The translations under genes and the position numbers were made by a program. The notes beneath the pieces are model-generated. The model saw nothing but the letters and a program-made list of their open reading frames with translations, searched no databases and was not told the origin of the DNA. DNA of 64,000 bases from Promethearchaeota archaeon (lineage in GTDB: Archaea > Asgardarchaeota > Lokiarchaeia > Sigyniarchaeales > SOKP01), in assembly GCA_048938005.1 (NCBI GenBank), contig JBHLMQ010000003.1:64001-128000 (forward strand), written 5' to 3'. Below are positions 40,424-50,224 of the stretch, piece after piece. Positions within the stretch are counted from its first letter, which is position 1. Each line of letters opens with the position of its first letter.

Positions 40424-41824
40424 TTAAGTTAAATTCCGAAAATCTGTAATTATTTTTTGGAGTTTCTCAAGTAAAATCTTTATTTCTGAATTGTATTCTT
40501 TGAAGGGTTCTAATTGTGTGCTCAACTTCTCGACTTTTTCATTAATATTTGTCTGTAGTGGTGTAATTGAATTTTCAATCTTTTTTTCAATATCTTGAGC
40601 GATATTATTTACCTGATTATCGGTTGTAGCTATAAATGTCTGGAGATTCTTTATTGTTTCTTCAATATTTAAATTTGTTTCCATAGTTTCTTCGAATTTT
40701 TCCCTTGTTGAGTTAACTATAGTTTCCATCTCGTTATTTAGATTTTTAATATTCTTATCAATGAGAGTATTTAGTTTATTAATAAGATTATCTTTTGCTT
40801 TGGAGATGTCTTCCGTGAAACCTTTATTATCTTCGATTCGCTTTTCTACATATTTAGAAATGGTATTTTTAAACTCATTTGTAGTATCATTCAAAGTCTT
40901 TTTAAACCAATTATCTACTTTCACAAGTCCAGATGATATTGCCTCTCTCATTTTATTCACAGCTTTACTTATGTATTCAGTTCCTTTAGAAGTACCTTGA
41001 GTTATATCATCAATCCAATCTCCCATTTGAGTCGTAATCATATCCATCAACATTTCAGAAAATCTTTCTGAACCACGTTGAAAACTAGAAATTATTGGTT
41101 TTATTTGCTGATACTTTTCTATTTCTTCTTCACTTAGTCCAGCTTCATCAGATATTGGGATTTCTTGTAACTCTCCTGGAACTTGCTCTACAAATTCATT
41201 TATTTCCTTAATAAGGACAGGGGTCTTTTTCTGAAAATCCTCTAAAAATTTTTGAACCCATTTAAAATATTCTAATGTGTCTGGTATTTCAATTTCAAAT
41301 GATACTGTATGATATTTTTCTGGTTTAGAATAATCATCTAGCCTATAAATTTCAAATCCAAGATTCCCATCTTTCCCCATAAGAGTGTGATCAAACACAA
41401 TAGCAAAACCGTTTGGAAATTTTTCATTTTGAAAAAACTGTAAATTCTTTAAATCACTTTCTGATAAATACAATCCCCATGAAGGATGAGAATGATAATA
41501 TCCAATTAAATCTGATGAATATTTCTTCCCAATCTGGCTAAATAATTCATAAGCATCTTTATCAAAACCAATTTCTACTTTATCTCCGTGAATTATTGGT
41601 ACAGCATTTTCTATTATAATTTTATCATCATTAGAATCATATTTTCCTACACAGATTCCCATTACTTCTACACTTTTTTCTAAATTATGACTCCCAAAAC
41701 GTAGAACATGGGTAATCATATTTCTGAAAGCCTCTTTTTTAATGAATACTAGCCCTTTATCAAATTTATTCTCATCATTTATATCTTTTTGATTTGAGTT
41801 ACTATCTAATTTTTCTTCGACCAT
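40424..41824 (-). CDS. JAMM/MPN+ metalloprotease with long helical/coiled-coil C-terminus
   Basis: EVMGICVG; GYYHSHPSWGLYLSESD. Confidence 0.9.
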   Translation of the reverse strand: MVEEKLDSNSNQKDINDENKFDKGLVFIKKEAFRNMITHVLRFGSHNLEKSVEVMGICVGKYDSNDDKIIIENAVPIIHGDKVEIGFDKDAYELFSQIGKKYSSDLIGYYHSHPSWGLYLSESDLKNLQFFQNEKFPNGFAIVFDHTLMGKDGNLGFEIYRLDDYSKPEKYHTVSFEIEIPDTLEYFKWVQKFLEDFQKKTPVLIKEINEFVEQVPGELQEIPISDEAGLSEEEIEKYQQIKPIISSFQRGSERFSEMLMDMITTQMGDWIDDITQGTSKGTEYISKAVNKMREAISSGLVKVDNWFKKTLNDTTNEFKNTISKYVEKRIEDNKGFTEDISKAKDNLINKLNTLIDKNIKNLNNEMETIVNSTREKFEETMETNLNIEETIKNLQTFIATTDNQVNNIAQDIEKKIENSITPLQTNINEKVEKLSTQLEPFKEYNSEIKILLEKLQKIITDFRNLT

Positions 41825-41830
41825 TTCTCC

Positions 41831-43303
41831 TTATTCCTCTCCTTTTTCTAATTTTTTTATCTTATTTGATAGATCTTGATTTTCCTTTTTTAATCCTATG
41901 ATGTTCTTTTGAAGGGTTTTGATTTCAATTTCTTGTGTATCTAGTTTGTTTTGTAATGGAGTCTTTGAGCTTTCTAATAATATTATTGCTGCTTTTAAGT
42001 CTGAAAGAAAACTTTTATTATCTTTATTTAAATTGATAAAATTTCCTATAACTTTATTAATATTTTTTATGAAATTTCCAGATAAATTTTCGAAACTTTC
42101 ATTTAATTTATTAAAGGTCAAGTCTTCTATTGAATTAATATTTTCTAATAAATTTTCTAAAACACTAATTTGTTTGTCCAAAATTTCAGAAGACCTTAAT
42201 CCTATACTATTAATTTCAGTTAATTTTTGCCCGTGTTTATCTAATAAATTTAAAATCTTTTTCAGATTATCTTCTAACTTTTCTCCGAATAATATATTAA
42301 ATTGTTCTTTAAGTTCAGTTTTAATTTTATCAAAGTATTCTCTGAAAAATTCCTGATCAGAGTCAAATTCTTCGAATCTATCATCAATATACATATCTAA
42401 TTCATTTAATTTTTCCTTTAATGCAAATTTGAAATCTTTTTGTAAATTAGAGATTCCATCACCTAGATTTTCTTTTATTTTAATAATATCCTTTCTCATT
42501 TGCAGATTATTCTCAACAATATTATTAATCATACCTTCACTCCAAGAATTGAGAAATAATATAAATGGTGCAATAAAAAGTTCTAAAAAATTTGATACTC
42601 CATCTTTGAGAGTAGAAAGGATCTTTGCAGAATCTAATTCCGGTTTCTTTGAAAAAATTTGGCTTTCACTTGGAAAAACAATATCTCCAAACAAATCAGG
42701 CATTTCATTAATTTCTAAGATGGGAGATTCTTGCGAGTGAACACAATTAATTAATTCCATTAGTTTTATATAATATTCAATCTTATCTGGAGGTTCTACG
42801 GTGGTTTCTACTTCATGATAACCAGACATTTGACCCTTAGCAGGATTATCTAATCGAAATGTACGAAATCCCAAATCTCCAGGAGTTTCTAAATGAGTAT
42901 GATCAAATACAATACCAATTGCACTTGGATTTGGGGTTTGCCAACCAAGCTGATTGCGTACATCTGTTGAGGAAAAGAAAATATCTAACCCTGGATGCGA
43001 ATGAAACCATCCACAACTAAACCAATTATTTTCTGCATAAGCTGCATCAACCATAGAGAAGGTTACATAATCTTCCGGCTGGAAAGCGACTTCAATCGAA
43101 CTCCCATGCGAAATTGGAACAGCATCTTCAATAATAACATCTCTTATTCCTTTCTTATCTGGTTCTCCCTCAAGATGTCCTATTAAAATACCCATAACTT
43201 CTCTAAATTGTTTTCTATCTCTTACTTTATTACCAAACCGAAGGACATGTAGAAGCATTTTATAGTATGCTTCTGGTTTAATAATAACTGTTTTATCAGT
43301 CAA
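41831..43303 (-). CDS. JAMM/MPN+ metalloprotease with long helical/coiled-coil C-terminus
   Basis: EVMGILIG; GWFHSHPGLDIFFSSTD. Confidence 0.9.
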   Translation of the reverse strand: MTDKTVIIKPEAYYKMLLHVLRFGNKVRDRKQFREVMGILIGHLEGEPDKKGIRDVIIEDAVPISHGSSIEVAFQPEDYVTFSMVDAAYAENNWFSCGWFHSHPGLDIFFSSTDVRNQLGWQTPNPSAIGIVFDHTHLETPGDLGFRTFRLDNPAKGQMSGYHEVETTVEPPDKIEYYIKLMELINCVHSQESPILEINEMPDLFGDIVFPSESQIFSKKPELDSAKILSTLKDGVSNFLELFIAPFILFLNSWSEGMINNIVENNLQMRKDIIKIKENLGDGISNLQKDFKFALKEKLNELDMYIDDRFEEFDSDQEFFREYFDKIKTELKEQFNILFGEKLEDNLKKILNLLDKHGQKLTEINSIGLRSSEILDKQISVLENLLENINSIEDLTFNKLNESFENLSGNFIKNINKVIGNFINLNKDNKSFLSDLKAAIILLESSKTPLQNKLDTQEIEIKTLQKNIIGLKKENQDLSNKIKKLEKGEE

Positions 43304-43594
43304 ATGTAATCACGATTTATAAAAGATTGAGATATACTTTGTTAATGATATATATATAATTTAATTGGTTTTAAATATTTGAATTAAAGATTAGTAGCAA
43401 AATTTGATTTTCAAAATTTTTATTTAATGATAATTTTTTATGAAATTCAAATATATTTGATAGACATATTAATTGAACTGTATTGAATAAGATGTAATAT
43501 TAAAAAAAAATTTACTAATTAAATTATTGATTTTCTTTTTTTGTTTATATAAATAACTATATACAATTCTTCAAGATTTTTTCAAGCATATCTA

Positions 43595-43732
43595 TCATAA
43601 TTTTCCAAGACCACTTATGATGTAATATATGCCTAATACTATCATTGCAATAGCAAAGATGGCCCAAACCCATCTTGGTACCCGTCTCTTTTTAGGTTCG
43701 GGTTGATCTGGTTCAGATTCAGATTCGGACAT
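43595..43732 (-). CDS. 45-aa tail-anchored membrane microprotein (not in ORF track)
   Basis: GTGA SD then MSESESEPDQPEPKKRRVPRWVWAIFAIAMIVLGIYYIISGLGKL*; GC above flanks. Confidence 0.75.
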   Translation of the reverse strand: MSESESEPDQPEPKKRRVPRWVWAIFAIAMIVLGIYYIISGLGKL

Positions 43733-43855
43733 TTTTTTTCACTTTTTATTTCTTTATTACATTATAGAAATTACATTATCTTGTATTTAAATGCATTTGT
43801 CCTTGAATAACCTTTAGGACTAAAATTGAGGCATGAAGAAAAAAATTATCACTTA

Positions 43856-44500
43856 TTAACCTTCATGAGGTAATCTCTTACCACAATAGGGACAGTATAT
43901 AAATCCTAAATCTTTTCCGCAAAAAGGACAAAAATCACCCTCTTTAGCTGCTTGTACTTCAGTTCCTTCCTTTGGTATTGAAGGTAATTGTCTTGATGTT
44001 TTAAGAGTTGATGCTGAAGTTTGAGTTTCTACCTTTCTTGCTGCTACTGTCGCCCTAAAAGCTCGTCTTCTCTCTTCCTCAAGTTCTTCTTGAGATTTTA
44101 TTCCTTCTGACTTTACCCAACCTTGAACCTTAGGTCTTTTTAATTCACTTTCTGGAACTTTTTCTAATTCTATTTCTCTAGTTTCTGATAAAGGAGCCAT
44201 TACTTTTCTTTGATCTTTCTTCTGTATTGCTTGCTTAACGAGGGCTTGAGTTGTTTTCATTACTTGATGTGGGTTAATATTAGGAATCGCAACAGTCCGT
44301 AATACCCACCCGACGATCAAATTTTGATTAGGAAAATCACCTTGAACATCCTCATCCTTAAATACATATGAATCGATTATATCTCTCCCTTTTAATAAAC
44401 GTATTGCCCATTTCTCATTAATTTCTCCTAATTGGATTCTATAACTAGTCCCCGGGACTCCCAATTCGCTTGTGAGAGGAATAAAACCTTTTTCAGCCAC
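43856..44500 (-). CDS. Hypothetical protein with C-terminal double zinc ribbon
   Basis: CPFCG...CPYCG; GTGA SD with GTG start. Confidence 0.8.
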   Translation of the reverse strand: MAEKGFIPLTSELGVPGTSYRIQLGEINEKWAIRLLKGRDIIDSYVFKDEDVQGDFPNQNLIVGWVLRTVAIPNINPHQVMKTTQALVKQAIQKKDQRKVMAPLSETREIELEKVPESELKRPKVQGWVKSEGIKSQEELEEERRRAFRATVAARKVETQTSASTLKTSRQLPSIPKEGTEVQAAKEGDFCPFCGKDLGFIYCPYCGKRLPHEG

Positions 44501-44762
44501 TTTAAATCACTTTTTTTAAAAAGATAATATGATTTCAGTAATATTATAAAAATAAATTTTGAATTTAAATTATTTTTTATTTATGGTAAAAATTCATTGT
44601 AAAGTTAAAAATTTTATTGGATAGCTTTACTATAATACTTAAGGAAAGACTGAATTCTTTTAATTTTTTTTTGGAATAAAAAACACATAAATAGAACAAT
44701 TTGTATTAGTTTGTAAAAACTCATAAATTTATAAATTAACATTTGCATAATGAGGTGATCTA

Positions 44763-45719
44763 ACGGTTATAATTATTCCAAAAGAGGTCTATTTAACTAT
44801 TGTTGCAGCTTCTGTGAGATATGCAAATACTCGCATACCTAAAGATGATTGGCTTGAAGTTAGTGGGATTTTTACTGGTAGAAATGAAGGAGATGATGTT
44901 CTTATAACAAAGGCTTACCCTATCATGCATCAAGAATTAGATAGAGACGCTGTTATTGATCAATATAAATGGAATAATGAAGATTATGAATCTCTTTATA
45001 TTATTGATGAACAAGCCTTTTCAAGAGATCCCCCTGAGTTTGTTGTTGGATGGTGGCATTCACACCCTGGTTTTAAAGTAATGATGTCACATATTGATAT
45101 CCAAACAACACTATCTTATCAACAAAACAATCCTTTAGCAATCTCGCTTGTATTTAATCCAATAAGATTACTTCGTCAAATTGAAGTAGCAGAAAAAAAG
45201 GGAGATCCCGATAAGCAATTAAAAAATGATCCTGGGTTTAAAATTTTTCGATTAGATGATGTTGGTCGAGGTGTTGAAGCGGCTTATCATACAGTTGATT
45301 ATAAAATTGAAGGATATGAAAGTATGGAACAATTAATTAATACAACACAGAAATTTATAATTGATGTTGCTAATTTTTTTCCTAGAGAAAAAGTTCCAAA
45401 GACTTATGAAAAATTCATTGATGATCGTATAAACCAATTTAATGCACTAATTCTTGGAACTGAAGAATATTTAACTACTTTAACACATCGGGGTGAGAAA
45501 ACAAGAATTCCAGAAGTTTTAGAAAATCAAAATCAAGAAATTCGTAAATTTGTTGCAGATACTTCTGTAAAAATAGAAAATATTAAGGAATTCGCGGACT
45601 ATTTAGAATATAAAGAAAAGGAAGCAATAGTAACTCAAATTGAGAGTATTTTATATAAATGGGATGAAACTGTTTCTGGATTAGATAAGAGATTGAAACA
45701 ATTATCTAAGAAATTTTAA
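44763..45719 (+). CDS. JAMM/MPN+ metalloprotease with helical tail; probable near-cognate start upstream of 44814
   Basis: EVSGIFTG; GWWHSHPGFKVMMSHID; upstream frame TVIIIPKEVYLTIVAASVRY aligns with paralog N-termini; GAGGTGAT at 44752. Confidence 0.85.
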   Translation, partial: TVIIIPKEVYLTIVAASVRYANTRIPKDDWLEVSGIFTGRNEGDDVLITKAYPIMHQELDRDAVIDQYKWNNEDYESLYIIDEQAFSRDPPEFVVGWWHSHPGFKVMMSHIDIQTTLSYQQNNPLAISLVFNPIRLLRQIEVAEKKGDPDKQLKNDPGFKIFRLDDVGRGVEAAYHTVDYKIEGYESMEQLINTTQKFIIDVANFFPREKVPKTYEKFIDDRINQFNALILGTEEYLTTLTHRGEKTRIPEVLENQNQEIRKFVADTSVKIENIKEFADYLEYKEKEAIVTQIESILYKWDETVSGLDKRLKQLSKKF

Positions 45720-45844
45720 ATCTAATAATTTTCATCTTATTTTTAATTTTGATAAATTTTTATGTGATTACGTTTTTCTATGATTAATTAAGCTATTTAA
45801 TAAATTAAGAAATATCATAGAATTCTCAAAATACAACTTTTATT

Positions 45845-48049
45845 ATGAAAAAAATTAATTTTCCGTTTACAGCGATTCTTGGTCAAGAAAAAATGAAGAT
45901 GGGGTTAATTTTGAATGTTATTGACCCTCAAATAGGTGGAATACTATTAACTGGCCAACAAGGTACTGGAAAAAGCACTGCTGTAAGATCACTCGTAGAA
46001 TTAATGCCACAAATCGAAGTTATTAAGGGTTGTGAATTCTCATGTGACCCTTATTCAGATATAGATGATTTATGTCAAAATTGTATAGAAAAGCAGGAAA
46101 AAAAGCAGGTTAAAACTGAATTCAGGGACATGTGGCTAGTTAATTTACCTTTAGGAGTTACAGAAGACATGGTTTGTGGAAGTTTGTCGATAGACAAAGT
46201 GTTAACTGAGGGTATAAGAGCTTTACACCCTGGACTACTTGCTAAAGCAAATCGAGGTATTTTATATGTGGATGAAATTAATCTTCTTCAAGATCATATT
46301 GTTGATGTTCTTTTAGATTCTGCTGCTTCAGGTGTGAATATTATAGAAAGAGAAGGCATTTCTGTATCACACCCTTCAAAGTTTGTATTAGTCGGTTCAA
46401 TGAACCCAGAAGAAGGCGATTTACGTCCACAAATTGCAGATCGTTTAGGGTTAGAAGTAAGAATAAAAGCACCTAGAGATCCCGAATTGCGTGCTGAAAT
46501 AACTAAAAGAGTTATAGAATTTGATGATCATCCAAAAGAATTCATTAAGAACTTCGAAGATAACCAAGAAAAATTGAGAAAACAAATCTTAAACGCTCGT
46601 AAAATATTAAAGGAAGTTCAAATTCCAAATTCAGTTTATGAATTTGTGTCTAAAATTGTAAATGAGTTAGAAATCTTTTCTCAAAGAGCTGATATTACTT
46701 TTATTCGATGTGCAAGGGCTCATGCAGCATTAAATAACAGAAAAGTTATATCAGAAGATGATCTAAATGTTGCAATGGATTTAGTATTTGAACATAGAAT
46801 GCAATCGCTCCATTATGAAATGACGCCAAAAGAAATTCAATCAAAAATTGCTGAAGTTTATGGCAAAATAAAAGAAGCATATGAAAATCTAAAGGTGCTT
46901 CGACCAAATAAAGAGACAGAAGGGCCTTTAAAGCATTCAGACAAACCACAAAAAGAGTTTCAACGGCAATCTGTAGATCCTGATAAAGTTGATATCTCCG
47001 AGTCAAAAGAACAAAAACTACCTCCTCCAAAATATCCTGATAACAAACAACGGAATCCTAGACCCGCTGGAGGGTGGAAGGTTAAAAATATTCCCTTTGA
47101 TGATGATCTTAAATTCTTTGAAGCGAAAAATGTATCAATGCCATTTATTTATAAAATGGAAAAGAAAATAACTTCAATCTTAGATGATATTAGGAAAGAT
47201 AAGAAAATTTCTGATTATGGTGGAAGAGGAATAGGAAGGAGAATCAAAATCTCTTCATCTCAAAAGGGAAGATATGTATCTTATAGAAAACCAATCCGTG
47301 AAGAACCTAAAAGTATTGCATTAGATGCCACTATTAGAAACTATTTGAAAAATATTATTTACAATAAAACAGATATCCATTTTCCGATTCATTTTAATAA
47401 ATATGATTTAATGGATAAAATCTATGAATATCGAGCTCCTTTAGTTTTATTTTTTGTATTAGATAGTTCTGCTTCAATGTACTATGTAATAAAGCAAATG
47501 ACGGATGTAATATTGTCTTTACACAGAGAGGGGTATAGAAAGAGAGATAAAATAGCTTTAATTGTCTTTCGAGGTAAAAAAGCGGTCGTTTTACAAAATC
47601 CTACTGTAAATTTTAAGATGGCAGTAAATAAGTTGAAAAGAATAGAAGGAAAATCATATACTCCTATGGCTGCTGCATTAAAAAAAGTATCAGAGCTTAT
47701 AAAAGTCGAAAAATTAAAAAATCGGCAATCAGTACCTGTAGTTTTCATTTTATCTGATTGTGGTGCCAATATCTCTTCTAAATACCCTGATTTAATAGCC
47801 CAAGTAGAAACAGATTATACTTTAATAACACATGAATTAAAAGAGTTAACAAAAAAATTATCTAAACAAAATATACATATGGTTGTACTAGAGCCTAAAA
47901 AATCTTATGCAACACACGCACTTGGAGTACACACCTATTCTGCAGAAAAAATTAAGAAGAATTTTAAAAAATATGGGAATGCTCATGTATACAAATTTGA
48001 TAAATATGATCCTAATTCCTTAATATTAGAATTGAAAAAAATACTCTAA
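45845..48049 (+). CDS. ChlI/ChlD-like chelatase AAA+ ATPase fused to vWA domain
   Basis: FPFTAILGQ, GQQGTGKST, GLLAKANRGILYVDEINLL, NPEEGDLRPQ, MIDAS DSSASM. Confidence 0.9.
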   Translation: MKKINFPFTAILGQEKMKMGLILNVIDPQIGGILLTGQQGTGKSTAVRSLVELMPQIEVIKGCEFSCDPYSDIDDLCQNCIEKQEKKQVKTEFRDMWLVNLPLGVTEDMVCGSLSIDKVLTEGIRALHPGLLAKANRGILYVDEINLLQDHIVDVLLDSAASGVNIIEREGISVSHPSKFVLVGSMNPEEGDLRPQIADRLGLEVRIKAPRDPELRAEITKRVIEFDDHPKEFIKNFEDNQEKLRKQILNARKILKEVQIPNSVYEFVSKIVNELEIFSQRADITFIRCARAHAALNNRKVISEDDLNVAMDLVFEHRMQSLHYEMTPKEIQSKIAEVYGKIKEAYENLKVLRPNKETEGPLKHSDKPQKEFQRQSVDPDKVDISESKEQKLPPPKYPDNKQRNPRPAGGWKVKNIPFDDDLKFFEAKNVSMPFIYKMEKKITSILDDIRKDKKISDYGGRGIGRRIKISSSQKGRYVSYRKPIREEPKSIALDATIRNYLKNIIYNKTDIHFPIHFNKYDLMDKIYEYRAPLVLFFVLDSSASMYYVIKQMTDVILSLHREGYRKRDKIALIVFRGKKAVVLQNPTVNFKMAVNKLKRIEGKSYTPMAAALKKVSELIKVEKLKNRQSVPVVFILSDCGANISSKYPDLIAQVETDYTLITHELKELTKKLSKQNIHMVVLEPKKSYATHALGVHTYSAEKIKKNFKKYGNAHVYKFDKYDPNSLILELKKIL

Positions 48050-48140
48050 ATATTAAACTAAATTAATTTTTAAAATCCATCACTAATCAATTTCTTAAAA
48101 TTCAATTTTTTATTACCATTTTTAATCCAATTTTTAGATC

Positions 48141-49382
48141 ATGACTGATAACTCAAATTCTGTGCTAGTTGTTGGATATAATACTCGTCCATTAGCTACT
48201 TCTCTGAATAAAGCAGGATATGTTGTATATGCAGTGGATTTTTTTGGCGATTTAGATCTCTATCCCTATATAGAAGATTATATTATAATCGTGAAAGAAT
48301 TACAAGGTAATTATAACTCTTTAAAAGATAAATATAGTAAGTATTTAGTTGATTTTACATTGAACTTATACCGTATTTATAAGGACGTAAAGTTCTTATT
48401 AATCGGTAGTGGGTTAGATGATGCCTACGAAGGGAGAAAACGTATTTTAGACGAAATTAAAAATTTCAGTACAATAAGTGTCAATAACAATTTAGAAATT
48501 ATAAAAAAATCAAGAAATATTGAATATCTTTTTGAATTTCTTAAATTCCAAGGGTATAAAGTTCCATTATATTGTTCCTTTGAAAAATTTCAATTAAAGA
48601 GATCTATCTTGGAATTTCCTTTCATCTTAAAAAAAAAGAGAAGTGCTGGAGGCGTTAATGTTTTTAAAATTGAAGATGAGAGGAATTTTAATTCTCAAGT
48701 AAAGATTTTACAAGAGAAAATGTTTATCGCGTCAGATTGGGTGATTCAAGAATATATCGAAGGAATTCCTGTTAGTTGTACAGTGATTTCAGATGGTAAA
48801 GAATGTGAGATTATCTCTATCAATCGTCAAATCATAGGAGAAAAGTTTCTAAATTCTCCAAAGGAATTTATGTATTGTGGTAATATTGTACCTGGAGGAT
48901 TGTTGAAAGATGAAACGAGAATCATATCTGAAATTTCAAAATTTTTAACTGAAGAATTAGGCTTAAAAGGAATTAATGGATTTGATTTTGTATTAAAAGA
49001 TCATTATCCATATTTTATGGAATGTAATCCAAGAATCCCTGGTTCTATAAGTGCTTCAGAATCTGTACTAGATTTAAATCTCGTAGATTTGCATATAAAA
49101 AGCTTTTTGCTTAATGAATGGATTAGTATTAAAAAAATGATTAAATCTGCCATGCCAAAAACATTTGCAACAAAATTAATATTTTTTGCCCCCAAAGTTA
49201 TTGAAAAAAATCTATTACCAGAAATTAATAATCTTGAATTTGTTTATGATAAACCTGAACCAATAAAGAATATTTTAAAAGGTGAACCTTTATGTACTGT
49301 TTTATATGAAGCAGATAATTTCTCTGAATCTTTTAATGGGGCAAAAAAGATTGTAAATAAAATAAATAAAATTATTGGATAA
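48141..49382 (+). CDS. ATP-grasp ligase (archaeal cofactor-biosynthesis-associated type)
   Basis: DFFGDLD, SAGG, QEYIEG, YCGN, GINGFDF, ECNPR. Confidence 0.85.
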   Translation: MTDNSNSVLVVGYNTRPLATSLNKAGYVVYAVDFFGDLDLYPYIEDYIIIVKELQGNYNSLKDKYSKYLVDFTLNLYRIYKDVKFLLIGSGLDDAYEGRKRILDEIKNFSTISVNNNLEIIKKSRNIEYLFEFLKFQGYKVPLYCSFEKFQLKRSILEFPFILKKKRSAGGVNVFKIEDERNFNSQVKILQEKMFIASDWVIQEYIEGIPVSCTVISDGKECEIISINRQIIGEKFLNSPKEFMYCGNIVPGGLLKDETRIISEISKFLTEELGLKGINGFDFVLKDHYPYFMECNPRIPGSISASESVLDLNLVDLHIKSFLLNEWISIKKMIKSAMPKTFATKLIFFAPKVIEKNLLPEINNLEFVYDKPEPIKNILKGEPLCTVLYEADNFSESFNGAKKIVNKINKIIG

Positions 49383-49393
49383 TTATTCTTATA

Positions 49394-50131
49394 CTACTGG
49401 ATGATTGCTTTTATTTTCGCGATGTAAGTTCCTAATTTCCTCCCATCTGATTCTGGAACAGCAAGTGCTAAGACTCTATTCTCATCTAAATCATGTATTA
49501 TAACAGAACCATTTTCTCCACCTATTATTGAATATTCCATACCACTTTCTAATAAAACTCCAGATAAATTATATAATGCAGCAACCATAGCTGAAAGAAT
49601 AGGTTCAGGCATAGTAGATTGAATCTTAATTGGTAATCCATCTTTAGTTATTATTGCTAAAACAAGAGTGTTTGGAATAGCTCGTTTCAGTCCCTTAAAT
49701 ATTTCTTCTTTGAGTATGTCTGATGTCTCAATAATAGCAGATATTTGTAAACTTAATTTTTGTAATTTATCAATATGAGAATCCAGTCCTTCAAGCTCAG
49801 CTAATTCTCTATTTAAATAAGTTATCATAGATATATTTTCTGTTAAAATTGAAAGGACAATTTTATCTTTCCCAATAATTAAATTATAAGAAACTTCTTG
49901 ATTTAGTGAATCTCTTAACATTTTAGATGATAGAAATACAAGACTGCTGTTAGCAGCTGTAACTTCCCCTGTTGTCATTTTAATATCTTTTTTAAATTTA
50001 TTTGCAACTTTAGTTCCTTCAGGAGTTCCAATATTAATCCCTAATACAGCTGGGGAGGATTGTAGTTCCCTTTCTATTAATTCAGCAATATCTGATTGTA
50101 AAGCTTCGATTATTTTATCTTGCTTTTCCAT
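49394..50131 (-). CDS. Tandem Roadblock/LC7-domain protein
   Basis: Two approximately 120-aa units: IGTPEGT..AA and IITKDGLPI...SAMVAA...IIGGENG. Confidence 0.75.
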   Translation of the reverse strand: MEKQDKIIEALQSDIAELIERELQSSPAVLGINIGTPEGTKVANKFKKDIKMTTGEVTAANSSLVFLSSKMLRDSLNQEVSYNLIIGKDKIVLSILTENISMITYLNRELAELEGLDSHIDKLQKLSLQISAIIETSDILKEEIFKGLKRAIPNTLVLAIITKDGLPIKIQSTMPEPILSAMVAALYNLSGVLLESGMEYSIIGGENGSVIIHDLDENRVLALAVPESDGRKLGTYIAKIKAIIQ

Positions 50132-50224
50132 GGATGAATATTAATATATTTGAAAATAAAAAGATATTCTAATAATTAAATAATAATTTTAAGAATTTGA
50201 ATACAAAATTCATTTTGGTTATAT

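Noticed and set aside
45845-48049. Evidence of chlorophyll synthesis from the Mg-chelatase-like gene
   Set aside because: ChlI/D-like proteins are widespread in non-phototrophic archaea; no other pathway genes here
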